From assembly GCA_029224965.1 (NCBI GenBank), contig JAQXVO010000020.1:67972-131971 (forward strand): a stretch of 64,000 bases of DNA. The letters are read 5' to 3'. Below are positions 1 to 9,788 of this stretch, piece by piece. Position 1 is the first letter of the stretch; each line of letters opens with the position of its first letter. The position numbers were made by a program, and so were the translations under genes. The notes beneath the pieces were generated by a model. That model was not told the DNA's origin. It searched no databases and saw nothing but the letters and a program-made list of their open reading frames with translations. This DNA comes from Lachnospiraceae bacterium. GTDB taxonomy: Bacteria; Bacillota; Clostridia; Lachnospirales; Lachnospiraceae.

Positions 1-1955
1 GCACCTCCTATAATCATGCAGAGCATAACGATAATGACGGAAGCCGTTAAGAGCTGGCAGGGAAGCATGAGCTTTCTCTGGCCGAAGACATCCTTGAAGT
101 AGTAGTTGGAAAGCTGAAGCTTTGTCTCTCCACCGAAGGAGTTGGTAAATCCGTCATCATGTCCTGTGTTGATACCGCTCATGTAGGAAAGCTTTTCATT
201 GGCCTTCATGTTCTTGGAGAAGAGATATGCAATGGCAGGTACAGCGAATACGAAGACGATGAGAAGAACCAGAAGGTAAAGGATGGAGGTCGGAAGAACC
301 TGAGCGCCCTTTCCGGACGGGAACATCTCATTCAGCATGGGCTGTACATAAGCTGTGGTAAGAAGCGGTACAAAAATGCAGAGGGCGATCATCATAACCG
401 TATGAATGATAATAGAAATCTTTTCATTGGGCTTGGTGATATCCTTTACAGGCTTTTCATTTGTGACGGCGATCAGCTTGCCCAGCCACTTGGTCCAGTA
501 GAAGGAAGTGGTTGCAGAACCGAAGACAACCATCAGGGTCATGATGATGTTGTTCTCATCAACAGATGCACGAAGAGCTGACCACTTGGAAATCAGCATA
601 CCGAAGGGTGCCAGGAATGTGCCGGCAATACCGATGAACATGCAGGTTGCAAGCATAGGCAGGCGGTAAAGAAGTCCGTGCATAGCCTCGACGTCACGGG
701 ATCCCAGGGAGTTTTCGGTTGCGCCGATATCCTGGAAAAGCAGGGACTTGCTGACTGCGTGGAAGATCATGAGGAAGGAACCGGCCCAGATGGTTTCCGG
801 TGTACCCATGCCTGCGCAGGCAACCATCAGACCGAGGTTACTGATGGTCGACATAGCCAGAACCTTCTTGCCATCGCTCTGAGCGATTGCCATGAAGGAT
901 GCGGCCAGGAAGGTAAAGCCTCCGACGAAAGAAATCATATTTCCTGTAATGGTTCCGTGCATGGCAGGTGCCAGACGGAAGAGAACGTAGATACCGGCCT
1001 TAACCATGGTCGCACTATCAAGGAGTGCAGAGGAAGGGGTCGGTGCAACCATGGCTCCGAGAACCCATGTGGAGAAGGGCAGCTGAGCTGCCATGGTCAG
1101 TGCGGCGAAAGCGATCAGAGCAACCGGAATCATGGCGATTGCCTTCTTACCGCCGTCTGCATTGACTGCATAGGTGATGAGATCCTGGAAGGATACGCTC
1201 ATCTGACTGTAAGCGAAAACAAAGATACCGATGGTCAGGGCACATCCGCCGAGCAGGTTCATCCACAGGACACGGAAGGAATTCTTGATGGCGATATCCT
1301 CTCTCGTATATCCGATCAGAAGGAAGGCACATACGGATGTGGTCTCCCAGAAGAACTGGATCCAGGTCAGGGAATTGGAAAGAACGAATCCGAACATGGC
1401 ACCCAGGATAATGAAGAGAACCATGAAGAAATAGTTTCTCCGGTCTGCAACCCAGCTGTGCGCATAGTGATGATAGCCATGCATGTAGCCGACGGCATAG
1501 ATGACGATCAGGGATCCGATGATACCGATGATGATGCACATCAGGATAGCCAGATGGTCAATGTAGATCCGGGACATCTCTTCCATGCTCTGTGTCTTCG
1601 GTCCCCAGATCTCGAGGTAGGCGATGGCAAGAGTCGGAACGATGGACAGAATGGAAACCCAGGCTCTGTGATATTTAAATGACAGGAAGGTTACCACGAT
1701 CATCAGAACGAACTCACCGACCAATGTCATGTGATCCGCAAATTCTGTGTTGGCGTAGAGATAGATCGGCTGGGATCCTCCCATTGCCCACTGGGCAACC
1801 AGTATACCGACACCGATCATAATCAGAACGGCGCTGATATAGGCAATTGCATTCCGCACTCTGTTAGCCTTGGGGTTGACCGGAATGATCAGCATCAGAA
1901 AGGCAACAATGAACGGAAAAATGATGAGAAAAAGTACTATCGGTAAAGCAGACAT
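1..1955 (-). CDS. echA: Ech-type [NiFe] hydrogenase antiporter-like membrane subunit A (NuoL/MrpA family), 3' end runs off the window
   Basis: Absent from the ORF track; hand translation from ATG 1955 (AGGAG RBS) stays open to the edge. Multi-TM protein with FFWE, AQLPFSTWVLGAMVAPTPSSALL, KKVLAMSTISNLG and FHAVSKSLLF motifs; hypA is adjacent. Confidence 0.85.
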   Translation of the reverse strand, partial: MSALPIVLFLIIFPFIVAFLMLIIPVNPKANRVRNAIAYISAVLIMIGVGILVAQWAMGGSQPIYLYANTEFADHMTLVGEFVLMIVVTFLSFKYHRAWVSILSIVPTLAIAYLEIWGPKTQSMEEMSRIYIDHLAILMCIIIGIIGSLIVIYAVGYMHGYHHYAHSWVADRRNYFFMVLFIILGAMFGFVLSNSLTWIQFFWETTSVCAFLLIGYTREDIAIKNSFRVLWMNLLGGCALTIGIFVFAYSQMSVSFQDLITYAVNADGGKKAIAMIPVALIAFAALTMAAQLPFSTWVLGAMVAPTPSSALLDSATMVKAGIYVLFRLAPAMHGTITGNMISFVGGFTFLAASFMAIAQSDGKKVLAMSTISNLGLMVACAGMGTPETIWAGSFLMIFHAVSKSLLFQDIGATENSLGSRDVEAMHGLLYRLPMLATCMFIGIAGTFLAPFGMLISKWSALRASVDENNIIMTLMVVFGSATTSFYWTKWLGKLIAVTNEKPVKDITKPNEKISIIIHTVMMIALCIFVPLLTTAYVQPMLNEMFPSGKGAQVLPTSILYLLVLLIVFVFAVPAIAYLFSKNMKANEKLSYMSGINTGHDDGFTNSFGGETKLQLSNYYFKDVFGQRKLMLPCQLLTASVIIVMLCMIIGG

Positions 1956-2070
1956 TTTCTCAAATCTCCTTTCAAACTTTGATAGATAAGCCTCCATGCT
2001 GTTAAAGAAAGAGCGAAATGTTCGATTTGTACATAATATTCTGTCATTTAGTACAATTCCGTAAGCAATT

Positions 2071-2125
2071 TCGTTATTTTTTTAACAACCAGTAGAATCA
2101 TACTCTTATTTTGGAAACGATTCAA
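2071..2125 (-). promoter_or_regulatory. sigmaA promoter of echA with a putative Rex operator near the start site
   Basis: Minus strand TTGAAT(2125-2120)-17 bp-TATGAT(2102-2097). TCGTTATTTTTTTAACAA (2071-2088) matches TTGTTAA-N4-TTAACAA with 2 mismatches. Confidence 0.6.
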
Positions 2126-2318
2126 TCAGAGCTTTGTGTAATTGGGGATAAATACAGGTATTTTCGATGTACTTAATTGGGTACATTTTCCAATGGTCAG
2201 GAGGCTCTCCCTAACGGCCTGATTTGAGGGCAGAAAAGATAAAATGCGGAAGGCGGAATTGGATTTACAGGATCTTTCTTTTCAGATACAATGTGTCCTG
2301 CAATGAAAGGAAAAAATC

Positions 2319-2663
2319 ATGCATGAATTAAGTTATATGATACGGATGGTCGATAGGGCCCTTGCCGCCTGCAAAGAAAATGATCTCACCTCGGTTGATG
2401 AGCTTGTTATCAAGGTCGGTGAGACCACTGGGTTAATACCGCATTTTCTCGAGGACTACTATCCTCAGTGTATCAAGGGCACGATCCTCGAAGGGTCAAA
2501 GCTGACGGTAAACTTTATCCCCGTCACGGCCCGCTGCGATGACTGCGGGACAGAATATCAGCCCTCCCGGGAGAATTCCTACAAATGCCCCAAATGCGGC
2601 AGCATTCATTCGAAGATCATCGGAGGGCGGGAATTTACCCTGGAGAGGATTATCGGAGACTGA
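2319..2663 (+). CDS. hypA: hydrogenase nickel metallochaperone HypA
   Basis: N-terminal MHE, two CxxC (CDDC, CPKC), C-terminal GREF, 114 aa. Confidence 0.95.
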   Translation: MHELSYMIRMVDRALAACKENDLTSVDELVIKVGETTGLIPHFLEDYYPQCIKGTILEGSKLTVNFIPVTARCDDCGTEYQPSRENSYKCPKCGSIHSKIIGGREFTLERIIGD

Positions 2664-2704
2664 GCCTTCTCTCCTTTCCGAACATATCCATATCCTGAAA
2701 TACA

Positions 2705-2741
2705 AAAACTCCCGAATCCATTCAGAGGATCCGGGAGTTTT
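2705..2741. terminator. bidirectional intrinsic terminator between hypA and argD
   Basis: AAAACTCCCG...CGGGAGTTTT inverted repeat between convergent genes. Confidence 0.75.
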
Positions 2742-2756
2742 GACTTCTGATCTAGA

Positions 2757-3962
2757 TTATTTTTCAAATTCTGAGAGGACACTGCCGAGAATGGCCATGG
2801 CCTGATCGATTTCTGCTTCTTCAATAACAAGAGGAGGCAGGAGACGGATCACGTTGCCGGCTGCGGAAAGGACGATCAGTCCCTTCTCCAAGGCTCTCGA
2901 TACGACATTTCCGACCGGGATCGAGGGCTTTAAGAGCAAGCCCTGCATGAAGCCCATGCCCCGATGGCCCATCAGGCTGTCATGAGCAAAGCAGAGCTCA
3001 TCCAGTTTTGCTTCAAAATAAGGCGTGGTCTTTTCGACATGTTCCGGAATCTTGAACTCTTCCATCAGATCGCAGACCGTGGAAACGGCGGTGCAGACCA
3101 GGGGATTTCCGCCATAGGTGGTACCGTGGTCACCCGGCTCCAGGGAATTCTCCGCAACCTTTTCCGTGGTCAGGAAGGCTCCGACCGGAACGCCGCAGCC
3201 GAGCGCCTTGGCACTGGCCAGGATATCCGGCTTGATGCCGTATTTCTGCCAGGTGAAGAAGGCTCCGGTCCGGCCCATGCCGCACTGAACCTCATCAAAG
3301 ATCAGAAGAATATCCTTTTCATCGCAGAGAGCCCGGACCTGACGCAGGAATTCAGGATCCGCCGGATAGATGCCGCCCTCTCCCTGGACCGGTTCCAGAA
3401 GGATGGCGCAGGTATTGTCATCCACTACCCTCTTTACGGTTGCAAAATCATTGAAATCAGCAAAATGCACACCATCCATCAGAGGATAGAAGGGTTCCCG
3501 GTAATGGGTTGTTCCGGTGACGGAAAGAGAACCGACGGTCCGGCCGTGGAAGCTGTGCTGCATGGCGACGATTTCATGTCCTGCTCTCTTATCCCGTAAA
3601 TAGGCGTATTTCTTGGCGGTTTTAATGGCACCCTCGATGGCCTCTGCACCGGAATTGGTAAAGAAGACCCGGTCCATACCCGAAAGACGGGTGATTTTCT
3701 CCGCTGCCTCGATCATCGGCATATGATAATAGAGGTTGCTGGTATGGGTCAGCTTATCGATCTGATTTTTCAGTGCATTCTGATAGGCCTTGACGCCATA
3801 GCCCAGGCCGCTGACGCCGATACCGGATCCGAAGTCCAGATAGGCCTTTCCATCGGTATCATAGAGGTAAACGCCCTGCCCGTGGTCAAAAACCACCGGG
3901 AAGCGTGAATAGACATGAAGCAATTTCTGATCCGCCCGGCGGATTTCATCCTGCATACTCAT
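2757..3962 (-). CDS. argD: acetylornithine aminotransferase
   Basis: Class III PLP motifs NSGAEA, SFHGRT, DEVQCGMGRTG, SAKALG; arg operon context. Confidence 0.93.
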   Translation of the reverse strand: MSMQDEIRRADQKLLHVYSRFPVVFDHGQGVYLYDTDGKAYLDFGSGIGVSGLGYGVKAYQNALKNQIDKLTHTSNLYYHMPMIEAAEKITRLSGMDRVFFTNSGAEAIEGAIKTAKKYAYLRDKRAGHEIVAMQHSFHGRTVGSLSVTGTTHYREPFYPLMDGVHFADFNDFATVKRVVDDNTCAILLEPVQGEGGIYPADPEFLRQVRALCDEKDILLIFDEVQCGMGRTGAFFTWQKYGIKPDILASAKALGCGVPVGAFLTTEKVAENSLEPGDHGTTYGGNPLVCTAVSTVCDLMEEFKIPEHVEKTTPYFEAKLDELCFAHDSLMGHRGMGFMQGLLLKPSIPVGNVVSRALEKGLIVLSAAGNVIRLLPPLVIEEAEIDQAMAILGSVLSEFEK

Positions 3963-4083
3963 TTTTGTCCTCCTTGCAAGGAATCTGTATCCTTCTGCTT
4001 CAGGCTTTTGATCTTCTGATCAAATCCCTTCGCATCAAAGATTCATTTTTCATTCTATCTGCTGTATTTCTGTATGTTTTTCC

Positions 4084-4983
4084 TCAGTCTTCCTCATGAT
4101 AGCGTTCCGCATCATTCTGAATCAGAGCGGTTCCGATGCCTCGGTTGGTAAAGATCTCCAGAAGGAGGCAGTGGGCAATCCGTCCGTCCAGGATATGGAC
4201 CCGATGTACGCCGTGCTCAACTGCATCGATGCAGTTATTCAGCTTGGGAATCATGCCGCCCTGGATGGAACCGTCATCGATCAGAGCCTTGGCCTCATCA
4301 ACCGTAAGCTCTGAAATCAGGGAGTCCGGATCATCCTTGTCTCGGTAGACACCCTCTGTATCCGTCAGAAAGGCCAGTTTTTCCGCCTGCAGAGCCTTGG
4401 CGATGGCGCAGGCTGCATCATCGGCATTGATATTATAGGTGTGATAGTCGTCATCCAGACCGATGGGGCAGACAATGGGAAGGAAGTCCTGCTTGACCAG
4501 ATCGATCAGAATCTTGGGATTGACCGACTTAATATCACCGACATAGCCGATATCCTGGCCGTCGGCATACTTCTTCTCGACACGAAGAAGTCCGCCGTCC
4601 TTGCCGGAAATTCCGACCGCATTGACACCAAGTGCCTCTACCCTCTGAACCAGGGACTTATTGACACGGTTTAAGACCATCTCGGCAATCTCCATGGTGT
4701 CTGCATCGGTCTTCCGTAAGCCGTTGACAAATTCCGGTTCCTTGCCGGTCAGTCTTACCCATTTACTGATTTCCTTGCCGCCGCCATGAACTATGATGGG
4801 ACGGAAGCCAACCAGCTTTAAAAGGGTGACATCCTGTATGACATGGGTCTTCAGCTCCTCATCCACCATGGCAGAGCCGCCGTACTTTACTACGATGACC
4901 TTCCGGTTGAATCGCTGAATATAGGGCAGAGCCTCTACCAGGACGCTGGCCTTCTTCATTACTTCCTTCATGTAAGATTCCAT
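4084..4983 (-). CDS. argB: acetylglutamate kinase
   Basis: [25 protein letters not shown]; start moved to ATG 4983 (AAGGA RBS). Confidence 0.95.
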   Translation of the reverse strand: MESYMKEVMKKASVLVEALPYIQRFNRKVIVVKYGGSAMVDEELKTHVIQDVTLLKLVGFRPIIVHGGGKEISKWVRLTGKEPEFVNGLRKTDADTMEIAEMVLNRVNKSLVQRVEALGVNAVGISGKDGGLLRVEKKYADGQDIGYVGDIKSVNPKILIDLVKQDFLPIVCPIGLDDDYHTYNINADDAACAIAKALQAEKLAFLTDTEGVYRDKDDPDSLISELTVDEAKALIDDGSIQGGMIPKLNNCIDAVEHGVHRVHILDGRIAHCLLLEIFTNRGIGTALIQNDAERYHEED

Positions 4984-5095
4984 GTTTTTTCCTTCTTTTC
5001 TTCTTCCTGATTTTCTTTTCCTGATTCGGTCTCTGACCGAATTCTTTTCATTCAAATTCTATCAAGTGCTCGTCTATTGGCACTGGTTACTACCA

Positions 5096-6334
5096 TCAGC
5101 TCCGGTAGTCGGCGTTGATCTTGACGTAATCATAGGTCAGATCGCAGCCGTAGGCCTCTGCCTCTGCCTCGCCGTCCTTCATATCGCAGATGGCAGTAAC
5201 TGCCTGGGCCGAAAGAATCTTCGTGGCTTCTTCCTCACTGTAATTTAAGGCAACTCCATTCTCGACCAGCTTGATCTTTCCGTTTTCACTTTCGAAATAG
5301 AGGTCTACATTTTCCGGATGGAAATGGACTCCGGAATAGCCGAGGGCACAGAGAATCCGGCCCCAGTTGGCATCCTTTCCGAAGATGGCTGCCTTGGTCA
5401 GGTTAGAAGTGATGACTGACTTGGCCAGAACTCTGGCCTCGCTGTCACTGTTGGCGTGAAGGACATGGGCGATAAAGAGATGGCTGGCACCCTCTCCGTC
5501 TCCGGCAATCTGCTTTGCCAGGTCCTTTGTTACAAAGCGCAGAGCTTCAAGGAATGTCTGATAGTCCTCGCTGTCCATGGTAACGAGCGGATTGCCTGCG
5601 GCGCCGTTTGCCAGAAGAACACAGGTATCATTGGTGGAGGTATCGCCGTCGACAGAAACCATGTTGAAGGAGTCGTTGACACTGGCTTTCAGAGCCTCCA
5701 TCAGAGCCCATTTTTCGATCTCGCAGTCGGTTGTGATAAAGCAGAGCATGGTGCCCATATTGGGATGGATCATGCCGGAGCCCTTGGTCATGCCGCCCAG
5801 GGTACATTTCTTTCCCTGGATCTCGAAGGTAACGGCACATTCCTTGGGATGAGTATCTGTTGTCATGATGGCCTTTGCTGCGTCATGACCGGCTTCGATG
5901 GTCTCGGAAAGGTTCGGAGTCATGGCTTCGATTCCGGCAAAGACCTTATCCATGGGAAGCTGCATGCCGATGACGCCGGTCGATGCCACCAGAACCGCAT
6001 TGCTCCGGATACCGAGAAGCTCGGCCGCCTTGTCAGAGGTTTCCTGGCAGGCCTTCAGGCCCTGAGCGCCCGTGCAGGCATTGGCAATGCCGGCATTGAT
6101 GACGACGGCGTGGAGATCTCCGGTGTTCTCCGTCCGCATCCTGTCGTATTCCACCGGTGCGGCCTTGACTACGTTTCTGGTATAGGTTCCGGCGGACCGG
6201 CAGGGAAGCGGGCTGTAGATCATTGCCATATCATCTCTTCCCGTGTACTTGATTCCGGCTCCGGTATGAGCTGCCATGAAACCGGTCGCTGCGGTAACGC
6301 CGCCTTCTATTTTCTGTATATTCGATGATGCCAT
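5096..6334 (-). CDS. argJ: ornithine acetyltransferase / N-acetylglutamate synthase ArgJ
   Basis: KGSGMIHPNMGTML, DGDTSTND, DGEGA, C-terminal YVKINADYRS. Confidence 0.96.
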   Translation of the reverse strand: MASSNIQKIEGGVTAATGFMAAHTGAGIKYTGRDDMAMIYSPLPCRSAGTYTRNVVKAAPVEYDRMRTENTGDLHAVVINAGIANACTGAQGLKACQETSDKAAELLGIRSNAVLVASTGVIGMQLPMDKVFAGIEAMTPNLSETIEAGHDAAKAIMTTDTHPKECAVTFEIQGKKCTLGGMTKGSGMIHPNMGTMLCFITTDCEIEKWALMEALKASVNDSFNMVSVDGDTSTNDTCVLLANGAAGNPLVTMDSEDYQTFLEALRFVTKDLAKQIAGDGEGASHLFIAHVLHANSDSEARVLAKSVITSNLTKAAIFGKDANWGRILCALGYSGVHFHPENVDLYFESENGKIKLVENGVALNYSEEEATKILSAQAVTAICDMKDGEAEAEAYGCDLTYDYVKINADYRS

Positions 6335-6355
6335 GTTTTTCCTCCTGTTTTATCT

Positions 6356-6997
6356 TTATCCATTGAATCGGACAATATTCTCTTCATTCAGGACAAATTC
6401 ATACTGATTCAGGTCAGTCCGCCGGGTCCAGCCTTCGGCATTCCAGAATTCGTTACCGACAATGTTGCTCTGAAAAGCCACCAGAGAGATCTTTGAAACT
6501 TTCTCCTTCTGAAGGGCACGCATACAGGCCAGTACCATGGCCTTTCCGATTCCGTGTCTTCTGAGATCTTCCCGGACACTCACATGATAGAGGCAGGCGG
6601 TTCTGCCGTCATGTCCGCAGAGAATGGAGCCGACGATTTCTTTTGTGGATTTCGAAACGTTCTTCTGATTTCCTGTGATTTTCTTTTCTTTTATAGAAAC
6701 AGAATTTCCAGGGACCTGATCTCCATCTCTTTCTGCTGCCGCAAGCGTCCGCTCGGCTACCACGCTACAGCCCGGATTTCTTTTCAGAAACCGTTCCACG
6801 CCCTCCCGGGCATCATCGATAGAACGGATTCCGAAGCCGTGGATGGTCATCCACAAGGCGTGAACCTGGTCGAAATCCTCCATGGTCATAGGCCGGATTT
6901 TGATGCTGGGATCTGTAAGATTTATTTCTGCTGCAGATGTATTTGAATTGTTCAGATCCGATACCTGTTCTGTATTGCTTTCCTTTATATCTTTCAT
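6356..6997 (-). CDS. GNAT-family N-acetyltransferase (YpeA-like) heading the argJBD cluster
   Basis: GSILCGHDGR, RRHGIG acetyl-CoA motif, NEFW; about 30-aa low-complexity insertion. Confidence 0.85.
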   Translation of the reverse strand: MKDIKESNTEQVSDLNNSNTSAAEINLTDPSIKIRPMTMEDFDQVHALWMTIHGFGIRSIDDAREGVERFLKRNPGCSVVAERTLAAAERDGDQVPGNSVSIKEKKITGNQKNVSKSTKEIVGSILCGHDGRTACLYHVSVREDLRRHGIGKAMVLACMRALQKEKVSKISLVAFQSNIVGNEFWNAEGWTRRTDLNQYEFVLNEENIVRFNG

Positions 6998-7117
6998 AAT
7001 AATCTTTTTTCTTTTCCAGTTATATAATATTCCTCTTCTATTTCTATTGCAGCCTGATGCACTTCTAATAAATAAGAAGACTCATGCCTGGCTCCCGCAG
7101 GATAGGCTGTGTCATTT

Positions 7118-7237
7118 TGAATTATTATACATTTGACCTGTCCAGGGTTCAAGGTTGATTTGCACATAAAATTTATATTTATTCGTTTAAAATTGCATAT
7201 ATTTTCACTTGCGTATCTTCTGACTATGGTGTATATT
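7118..7237. promoter_or_regulatory. ARG boxes and argG sigmaA promoter in the divergent GNAT/argG region
   Basis: TGAATTATTATACA (7118-7131) and TGCATATATTTTCA (7194-7207) fit TGMATwwwwATKCA; TTGCGT(7209)-17 bp-TATATT(7232). Confidence 0.7.
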
Positions 7238-7348
7238 CTTCGTAAACAAAGCGAAACAACCGGGTTGTAACATTCACGGCAAGACTCGCATCGGTTTATA
7301 TTTATCCATTCATAAGAACAATCAGGAAAAAAGAAAAGAGGAAGAACT

Positions 7349-8587
7349 ATGGCAAAGGAAAAAGTAATTCTGGCTTACTCAGGCGGACTGGATACCACGG
7401 CAATCATTCCCTGGCTGAAGGAAACCTATGACTATGATGTTATCTGCTGCTGCGTGGACTGCGGACAGGAAGAAGAACTGGACGGACTGGAAGAACGCGC
7501 AAAGCTCTGCGGTGCTTCCAAGCTTTACATCGAAGACATCTGCGATGAATTTGCTGAAGATTATATCGTCCCCTGCGTAATGGCGGATGCCGTTTATGAG
7601 AACAAGTACCTGCTCGGCACTTCCATGGCACGTCCCGGCATTGCAAAGAAGCTGGTTGAGATCGCCCGTAAGGAAGGCGCTACTGCGATCTGCCACGGCG
7701 CTACCGGCAAAGGAAATGATCAGATCCGTTTCGAACTTGGCATCAAGGCTCTGGCTCCCGACATCAAGATCATTGCCGCATGGCGTGATCCCCACTGGAC
7801 CATGCAGTCCCGTCAGGAAGAGATCGACTACTGCAGGGCGCATGGCATCAATCTTCCCTTCTCTGTCGACCAGTCTTACAGCCGTGACCGGAATCTCTGG
7901 CATATCTCTCATGAAGGCCTGGAGCTTGAGGATCCTTCCAAGGAACCGAATTATGACCATCTCCTGGTTCTGACCACACCTCCGGAAAAGGCTCCCGATG
8001 AACCCGAATATGTAACCATGACTTTCGAGGCCGGCGTTCCGACTTCTGTCAACGGTAAGAAAATGAAAGTTGCCGATATCATCCGCGAGCTGAATAAGCT
8101 CGGCGGAAAGCACGGTATCGGTATCATCGATATCGTTGAGAACCGTGTTGTCGGCATGAAGTCCCGCGGCGTCTACGAGACACCCGGCGGTACCATCCTC
8201 ATGGAAGCTCACAAGCAGCTGGAAGAGCTTATCCTTGACCGGGAAACCATGGCTGTAAAGAAGGATCTTGGCAACCGTCTTGCCCAGATCTGCTACGAAG
8301 GCAAGTGGTTCACTCCTCTCTGCGATGCCATCCAGGCTTTTGTAAAGTCCACCCAGAAGTATGTCACCGGCGAAGTCAAGTTCAAGCTCTACAAGGGCAA
8401 TATTATCAAGGCCGGCGAGACCTCTCCTTACTCTCTCTATAATGAATCTCTGGCTTCCTTCACAACCGGTGATCTCTATGATCATCATGATGCCAGCGGC
8501 TTCATCACCCTCTTCGGTCTCCCTCTGGTTGTAAGAGCCAAGAAGATGCAGGAAGTTGAAAAACTGCAGGGCAAGAAGAAGGAGTGA
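7349..8587 (+). CDS. argG: argininosuccinate synthase
   Basis: LAYSGGLDT, HGATGKGNDQ, SRGVYETPGG. Confidence 0.97.
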   Translation: MAKEKVILAYSGGLDTTAIIPWLKETYDYDVICCCVDCGQEEELDGLEERAKLCGASKLYIEDICDEFAEDYIVPCVMADAVYENKYLLGTSMARPGIAKKLVEIARKEGATAICHGATGKGNDQIRFELGIKALAPDIKIIAAWRDPHWTMQSRQEEIDYCRAHGINLPFSVDQSYSRDRNLWHISHEGLELEDPSKEPNYDHLLVLTTPPEKAPDEPEYVTMTFEAGVPTSVNGKKMKVADIIRELNKLGGKHGIGIIDIVENRVVGMKSRGVYETPGGTILMEAHKQLEELILDRETMAVKKDLGNRLAQICYEGKWFTPLCDAIQAFVKSTQKYVTGEVKFKLYKGNIIKAGETSPYSLYNESLASFTTGDLYDHHDASGFITLFGLPLVVRAKKMQEVEKLQGKKKE

Positions 8588-8633
8588 AAATTGCCCGGGA
8601 AATGTATCCCTATTCAAAACAGAATGTAAATAT

Positions 8634-8668
8634 AAATCAGGGACGTGGAAACACGTCCCTGATTTTTT
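8634..8668 (+). terminator. intrinsic terminator after argG
   Basis: AAATCAGGGACGTG-GAAA-CACGTCCCTGATTTTTT. Confidence 0.85.
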
Positions 8669-8740
8669 CATTCATCTGCCGGCTATGTCTTTCGCTGATA
8701 CTTTTTAACTATTCCACATTCGCTTATCCAGCCTTTACAT

Positions 8741-9304
8741 TTACTGGTAAGTTGTAATTGTCAGAAGATAGTACTCCTGCTGGTCAGAGAAGGCTTTCTC
8801 CATCTCATTGACATTCGACCATTTGAACGATACGGATGTACTCTCATCCATGGGAACCATGTATCGAAAGGTCTGAAGTACAGATGTAGCTCCTTCCAAG
8901 GTTTCCTTTGTTTTTACAGGCAATGTAGTTTTTTCATACGAGACCAGATCCAGGTCTTTCGGATCGATATCCCAAAAGCAGATCAGACTTTGCTTTGGCA
9001 GAGTCACTTCCATGGTTTCAGAATCCTGATCATCGCTCTGACTATTTTTCTTACGATCCAGCTTCAGGCGAATCTCATACCTTGAAATATTTCCTTCATC
9101 GGAATGCTCCATCTTTTCCAAAGGGTACTCTTTCCCATTGATCAGGGCAACATTTTTCTTCGGCCAGCCATCTTTATCTGTTGGGAAGGCTGTCTTCTTT
9201 TGTTTGGAATCACTTCCGCAGCCGGCCATCATAAAGAGCAATGTGGAAATCAAAATGAGACAAGTTCCTTTTTTTAAACACTTGGCATTTAAGACTTTAC
9301 CCAT
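8741..9304 (-). CDS. hypothetical lipoprotein
   Basis: Basic N-terminus, hydrophobic stretch, lipobox MMAG-C; GAAGG RBS; looks more AT-rich than neighbours. Confidence 0.7.
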   Translation of the reverse strand: MGKVLNAKCLKKGTCLILISTLLFMMAGCGSDSKQKKTAFPTDKDGWPKKNVALINGKEYPLEKMEHSDEGNISRYEIRLKLDRKKNSQSDDQDSETMEVTLPKQSLICFWDIDPKDLDLVSYEKTTLPVKTKETLEGATSVLQTFRYMVPMDESTSVSFKWSNVNEMEKAFSDQQEYYLLTITTYQ

Positions 9305-9584
9305 ATAGCCATCTTCCTTTCAAAGTGACCGGTTTGACACTCATCTTTATGATTCGACAAGTGTTACTTATATTCTTAGAATATGCAGCTCACAGTATCT
9401 CGGTCAAGTTGTATTCGTATTTTCGTTATATTTCACAATTTTCTGTCAGCTTTTTTTGCAGAGTGACCTATTTAATTTTGGGGATATTCGATAGATATCA
9501 TATACCCTGGGACCTACCTGGATCTTAAGCCAGTCTGTCATAGCGATCCTGTTAGCGGTCATACCAAAAGTCAAGGATTGTATT

Positions 9585-9776
9585 TTATCGTAACAAAAAC
9601 CCTTTTTCATATTTCCGATAGTTCCCGCTCCACTTTCCGGGGAATTCTAGGCTATTTATCGTAATACAAGACAAAATTAAAAATTCCGATAGTCGATCAA
9701 GTCTTTGACTATCGGAATTTTACAAATATATTTGTATAACGATAATTCGTCCCATATTTCAGCCGAAACTATCGGA
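9585..9776. repeat. array of seven YTATCG-core half-sites in alternating orientation, including a ~90-bp imperfect hairpin (9656-9745)
   Basis: TTATCGTAA 9585 and 9656; TTCCGATAGT 9613 and 9684; ACTATCGGA 9708 and 9768; TAACGATAA 9737. Inner stem may also serve as the metA terminator. Confidence 0.7.
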
Positions 9777-9788
9777 TTTTTCCTCCCC

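Noticed and set aside
159-1946. Plus-strand ORFs (140, 334 and 71 aa)
   Set aside because: Antisense shadows of echA, which the track missed because it has no stop inside the window.
4984-5055. Long N-terminal extensions in the ORF track (argB, AroD-like, queH, trpE, trpG, recA, argR)
   Set aside because: Better RBS-supported starts lie downstream, at the family-typical N-termini.
9520-9580. c-di-GMP-I riboswitch-like fragment (CTAA...CTATGACAG) on the minus strand
   Set aside because: The GAAA tetraloop stem and GCAAA core are missing.
9585-9776. CRISPR interpretation of this array and of 59799-59853
   Set aside because: Units are too short, degenerate or alternating in orientation, with no repeat-spacer pattern and no cas genes.
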